Origin: Vicugna vicugna
Taxonomy: Eukaryota
Assembly (NCBI GenBank): GCA_013265495.1
Contig: MU058228.1
Location: forward strand, 1-64,000
Direction: 5' to 3'
DNA: 64,000 nucleotides
In this document: positions 59,578-64,000 of the stretch, piece by piece
Numbering within the stretch: position 1 is the stretch's first letter
How the letters are laid out: each line of letters begins with the position of its first letter
Translations under genes and position numbers: made by a program
The notes under the pieces: model-generated
Told to the model about the DNA's origin: nothing
Databases searched by the model: none
Seen by the model: only the letters and a program-made list of their open reading frames with translations

Positions 59578-62500
59578 CATCAAATAGCACGGTAGTAACA
59601 AGGCCCCAAACACCCACCTCCGTGCCCTGTGAGTTTGTTCACTCACAGTGTCCCCATGTCCTGCTCCAGCTCCTTACCTCCCATCAGTGAAAATCGGAGT
59701 CCAGGAGGGCCTTGGAAGCCACCTTCAGCCTCCCGCTCCGTGCAGACGCTTCCAGCAGCATCCGCGGCGGACGGCTCTCCAGTCTCCGGCGGCGCCTTCA
59801 GGGAGAGGAGGCTCGTTGATTGTGGCACCGGGCAGAGGCAGGTGACTCCACTGATGAACGTTCCGATGGCTGGGAATTAAGGAGGGCTGAAATCTGCCTC
59901 CTTGTAAGCTTCTGCCTTCCACCGTTAGCTTTGCCTTCTCACCTGTGAAATGATTTCCAAGGACATTAGCAGTCCCAGCAAAGGCAATTTGATCCCTGGT
60001 GCCTCCAGCCCATCCCGAGTCATGCCTGTTCTTTGAGATACAACTCAGATAATTCTGAGAGAGGGTATGTTCCAAGTTTCCAAGTAAAGGGAAAGCTTGA
60101 TTTTACCTGAACATTTCAGCCGACAGAAATGTGAACCATGGAGTGGTGGTGGGGAACGTCTTAACAAATTGTTCCTTTTTAATTAAAAGATTGCTTTTTA
60201 AAAGCTCCCCAAAGATATTTTTCCCCCATAAGTTGTTTTATATAGAGTTTAAGTTTTTTCCCCCACTTCAGAAAATAAAAGAAAGCCCAGTCAGGTGCAT
60301 TATTTTAAATATAGCAATAATGAAGAACTGAAGTTTTTTTAATGAATCAAAATTCCCACGGACTATTTTCTACCTACGTGGATAAATGCGGCCACCAGAG
60401 GGGCTTCTCCACGAACGACAAAGGATTCTTAGCATCTTCCTCCACAAGCAGTGTCCCTTGAGTTATCCCTGCTTTGGTTGCTGACATCATCAGCTTCCCA
60501 GTCAGCCACGCCAGAAAGCCGGGCCTGGTTCTGGATGCATGGATTCTCCCATCTCCTCTCCCCTCCAGTCTGTATCTCCCACCCATCCGGTCTCGCTCAC
60601 TCCTGTGACTCCTGCCTTGGCCCAGGCCGTCCCTGACTCGTTCCTCGTCCCCTCCCACGTGGGTTACGCTGGAGCGATGCAAAGCTGGGGTGACAGCAGC
60701 GCGAAGACAGTGGAGTCTGTCTCTGCACGTGCTAACGCCCTCCCTTCCTCTCCCACCTAACAGACTCCTACTCATCTGTCAAAACCTCCTCCTAAGCTTC
60801 ACCTTTCCGGGCATGGTGGATGCCACCCTCCACCCCTACCAGGTCCATCATTTCCTCGAGCTGCATCTTGTACACACGTTTATTACTGGGCTTGTCTCCC
60901 CATGTCCATCTTTTACTTATCACTTGTTCATACCTCTGACTCCCTCCCTCTGGTGGGGGTTTTCCTACATTTTCACTTTTCTACCAAAAGTAAGTATGGC
61001 ATTCATAATCAGAAAAAAAATATTTTAAAAAAGAGGAGATAAAAGTAGTAAGAAGTAACATCCACGGAGCCGTCACTGTGTGTCAGGCATTGTTCTAAGC
61101 GCTTTATATGTTAACTCCTTTCATCCATCACGATTCTGTGAGGTAGGTACTATTATTGCCCCCATTTTTATTCCCCTTGCTTCAGGAATGAAGGAAGGAA
61201 GGAGAGGAGGGAGGGAAGTTCTCCAGGCACAGTAACTGATACAGTGAGATTCGAAGGCCTTGGAGCCCGAAGCCCGGGCTTGAGCTCCCTCATCGCCCTC
61301 TCCCCAGACCATGGAGGGGATCCCAGCCCCTCCTCTGACACCCCACGCCACTCCCTCGTCCTTGACGCTCTTGGCCAGTAGCTCAGGGAGCACACAGGGG
61401 ACACAGAGATGAACGGCCCGTGGTTCCCCCACGGAAGGAGGCGCCAGTCTCGTCATCATGATGGCTGGCCTCACTGACAGCTGAGCCCTGTGCCAGCGCA
61501 GACTGTCTCCAGTACCGTCAGCCTTGTCTCCCACAATCACAGGGGCTGTCAGTCCTATTAACATCCCTCTTTTTACAGATGAGAAAACCAAGACACGGTT
61601 AGTAGTAGTGGAGCCGGGGTTCAAACCCAGGCAGTCTGGCTCCAGAGCTTGGGCTCTTAATGATCCTGCTGTCCTAAATCTCTTGACAAATGAAATGGGG
61701 GAACTCGAAGAAAGCTAGCCTGTGTTCTGCTTGGGGAGGGACGAGGCACAAGGCGGTCACAAAAGGCTGCACTGAGGAAACAGCCTTAAAGCTAAATTGA
61801 GAACAGGATAGCTAAAATACAGTCAGCCATTCCTCATTTATTCTCCAGTGTTTGACTTCTCTTTCCCTCAAGGCTCCATCAGGTTCCCCTAGACACTGCC
61901 ACAGACTCTCTCAGCACCACACAGACACTGCCATCTTCTCACCCAGAGGAGTCCCTGTGCTGCGTGTCATCCTGTGCGGTGTGATACGGCCATGGGCAGG
62001 CCTCGTCAAGACAAAACCATCCAGAAACACGAAATGGCACTGCCACCCCCACCTCCCGTCCCTGTCTGCTTCATCACAATGTGGGTGCCAGATGAAAAGT
62101 CCCAGTGCAAACAAAGTTTAGATTGTCCTTCTGTAGGAAGACACCAATCCACCATCAGAATCATAGGGTAGCAAGTGACTCCCCCTCAAATGCTTTCAAA
62201 GCCACTTACATCACCTGTCTTGTACCCTGAATTAAGCATATAGTTTCTTCATAATACTGTTCTGCTCTGATTACACCATAGAGAAACCTTACCCCAGCTG
62301 CTGCCCAGGGTGCCCTGGTGTAGCCCCTTGCCCCATTTTCTTCACGTCTGACACCCATGCAGTACCTGTCGCACTGCCTTGTCATGGATTTCCATCACCT
62401 ACTCCATGATCTGCCAGTAAAAGCCTCTCAGCTCATAGCCTCCCCAGGGCCCCCAGCATCTTCTCGCACAAGCGAGACACTTACTCTCACCGCCCGGCCT

Positions 62501-62967
62501 TTGCTGGTGCCGCTCCCTCCTTTCCCTGGCTGAAAATCCTAGTATATTAACATCCAGGAAAAAAACATCTCACAAAGAACAGCAGGTGCACAGACCCTTG
62601 GAGAGGACCACGCTCACCACATTCCAGGAACAGCAAGGAGCACGGCGATCCAGGAAGGGTTGCATCATGAAAGTCAGATCATCAGATGTGAGGGGCTTTT
62701 CCACACAGAATCCTTGATCCTTCATTCCATCGGAGCTCTGGTGGAGAATTTCCCTACAGTTACCGCATGCAGGGGTGACTGCTGGTACAAATCATTTCAC
62801 GTCAAGCCACGCCTGAGCCCCGGAACAGCTCCTCCCAGCACGCGGTGGCATGCCTGGGCACCCGTGGGTCTGTTCAGTGTGAACCCTCCACCGCTCCATC
62901 AAGGCTGGCCCCTCCGCGAAGGCTCTGTCTTACGCCCCCAAGGTGTATGTGTGCATGACTGAGTTTG

Positions 62968-64000
62968 TGTTTTTTAAAATAAAACTTTATTGATGATTCA
63001 TACACCATACAATTCACCTATTTCAAGTGCACAATCTGGTGGTTTTTAGTATCCAGAGTTGTATAACCAATCATCACAATTTGAGAATAGTTCATCACCC
63101 TAAAAAAACCCCATACCCTTCAGCAGTCTCTCTCCATTTCCCCCCACCTCCCCCATCAGTCTGCTGTCTGTCTGTGGACTTGCCTGTTCGGGACACTTCA
63201 CACACATGGAGTCATAATCACACAGTATGTGGCCTTTTGTGTCCGACTTCTTTCACTTAGTACAATGATGTCAAGTCTTTCACTTAGTACAATGATGTCA
63301 AGTTTCATCTGTGTATGTTGCAATGTGAATCTGTAATCTTTTTTTTTTTAACAGCTGAACAGTATCTTGTTTATCCTTTCACCCATTGATGGAAACATTT
63401 CCCACTTTTCGGCTTTTATGAACAGTGTTGCCTTGGACATTTGTGTACAAGTTTTTGTGTGGGTGTGTTTTCCTTTCTCTTGGGTATATACCTAGGGTAG
63501 GAACTTCTTGGTCAAACACTCTTTTTAATCTTATTTTTTTTTTCCAGTGGAGGTACTGGGGATTGAACCCAGTTCCTCATGCATGCTAAGCACATGCTCT
63601 ACCACTGAGCTATACCCTCTCCCCTAAGCTTTTGAGGAAAAGCCAGACTGTCTTCCAAAGTGGCTGTCCCACTTTACATTCTCACCAGCAGCGTATAATG
63701 TCCGGACTTCTCTGCCGCCTCAACAACACTGGATGTTGTCCTTCTTGCTACAGCCAGCCTCGCGGGTACGACGTGGCCTCGTGGTGGTTTAGATTTGCGT
63801 TTCCGTCACGGATGTGTTGAGCGTCTTTCCATGTGCTTCTTGTCCATTTGTCTTTTTTGGGGAAATGTGTATTCAGGTCCTTTGCCTATGTTTTAACTGG
63901 CTGTCCTTTCATCACCGAGTTGTAAAATAGGTTTTCCCAGCGCCCTAGCGTGTACACATGCTTTGCAGGGATTGGCTACCACTCGCTGGGTTGTCCTTTC
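62968..64000 (-). mobile_element. L1M 3' region (antisense), interrupted by a SINE
   Basis: catacaattcacctatttcaagtgcacaatc...gaaaagccagactgtcttccaaagtggctgtcccactttacattctcaccagcagcgtat. Confidence 0.85.
63530..63622 (-). mobile_element. tRNA-derived camelid-type SINE (Vic-1-like)
   Basis: Reverse complement of gagggtatagctcagtggtagagcatgtgcttagcatgcatgaggaactgggttcaatccccagtacctcc plus poly-A. Confidence 0.9.

Overview
Mammalian (not prokaryotic) gene-dense window. It is most likely from a camelid, judging by five copies of a tRNA-Ala-derived Vic-1-like SINE. It is syntenic to the human 7q22.1 / mouse chr5 block. Left to right: a previously intact but now multiply disrupted multi-exon NXPE-family gene (Nxpe5-like unitary pseudogene, +, ~0.9-7.8 kb), MBLAC1 (-), CNPY4 (-), TAF6 (+), AP4M1 (-), MCM7 (+, with the intronic miR-106b/93/25 cluster), COPS6 (-), a repeat-rich intergenic stretch with an ancient ERV-L pol relic, and ZNF3 (+). 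All seven protein-coding genes could be spliced by hand through GT-AG junctions into open, full-length reading frames. The most interesting unannotated elements are the NXPE pseudogene, a stop-containing fossil KRAB-B exon in ZNF3, a U12-type intron in AP4M1, the TAF6-delta alternative donor with a hairpin over the main donor, a TAF6 overlapping uORF, and two SINEs nested in one target site. Gene and repeat identities come from recall of the families; no database search was run, and repeat boundaries are approximate.
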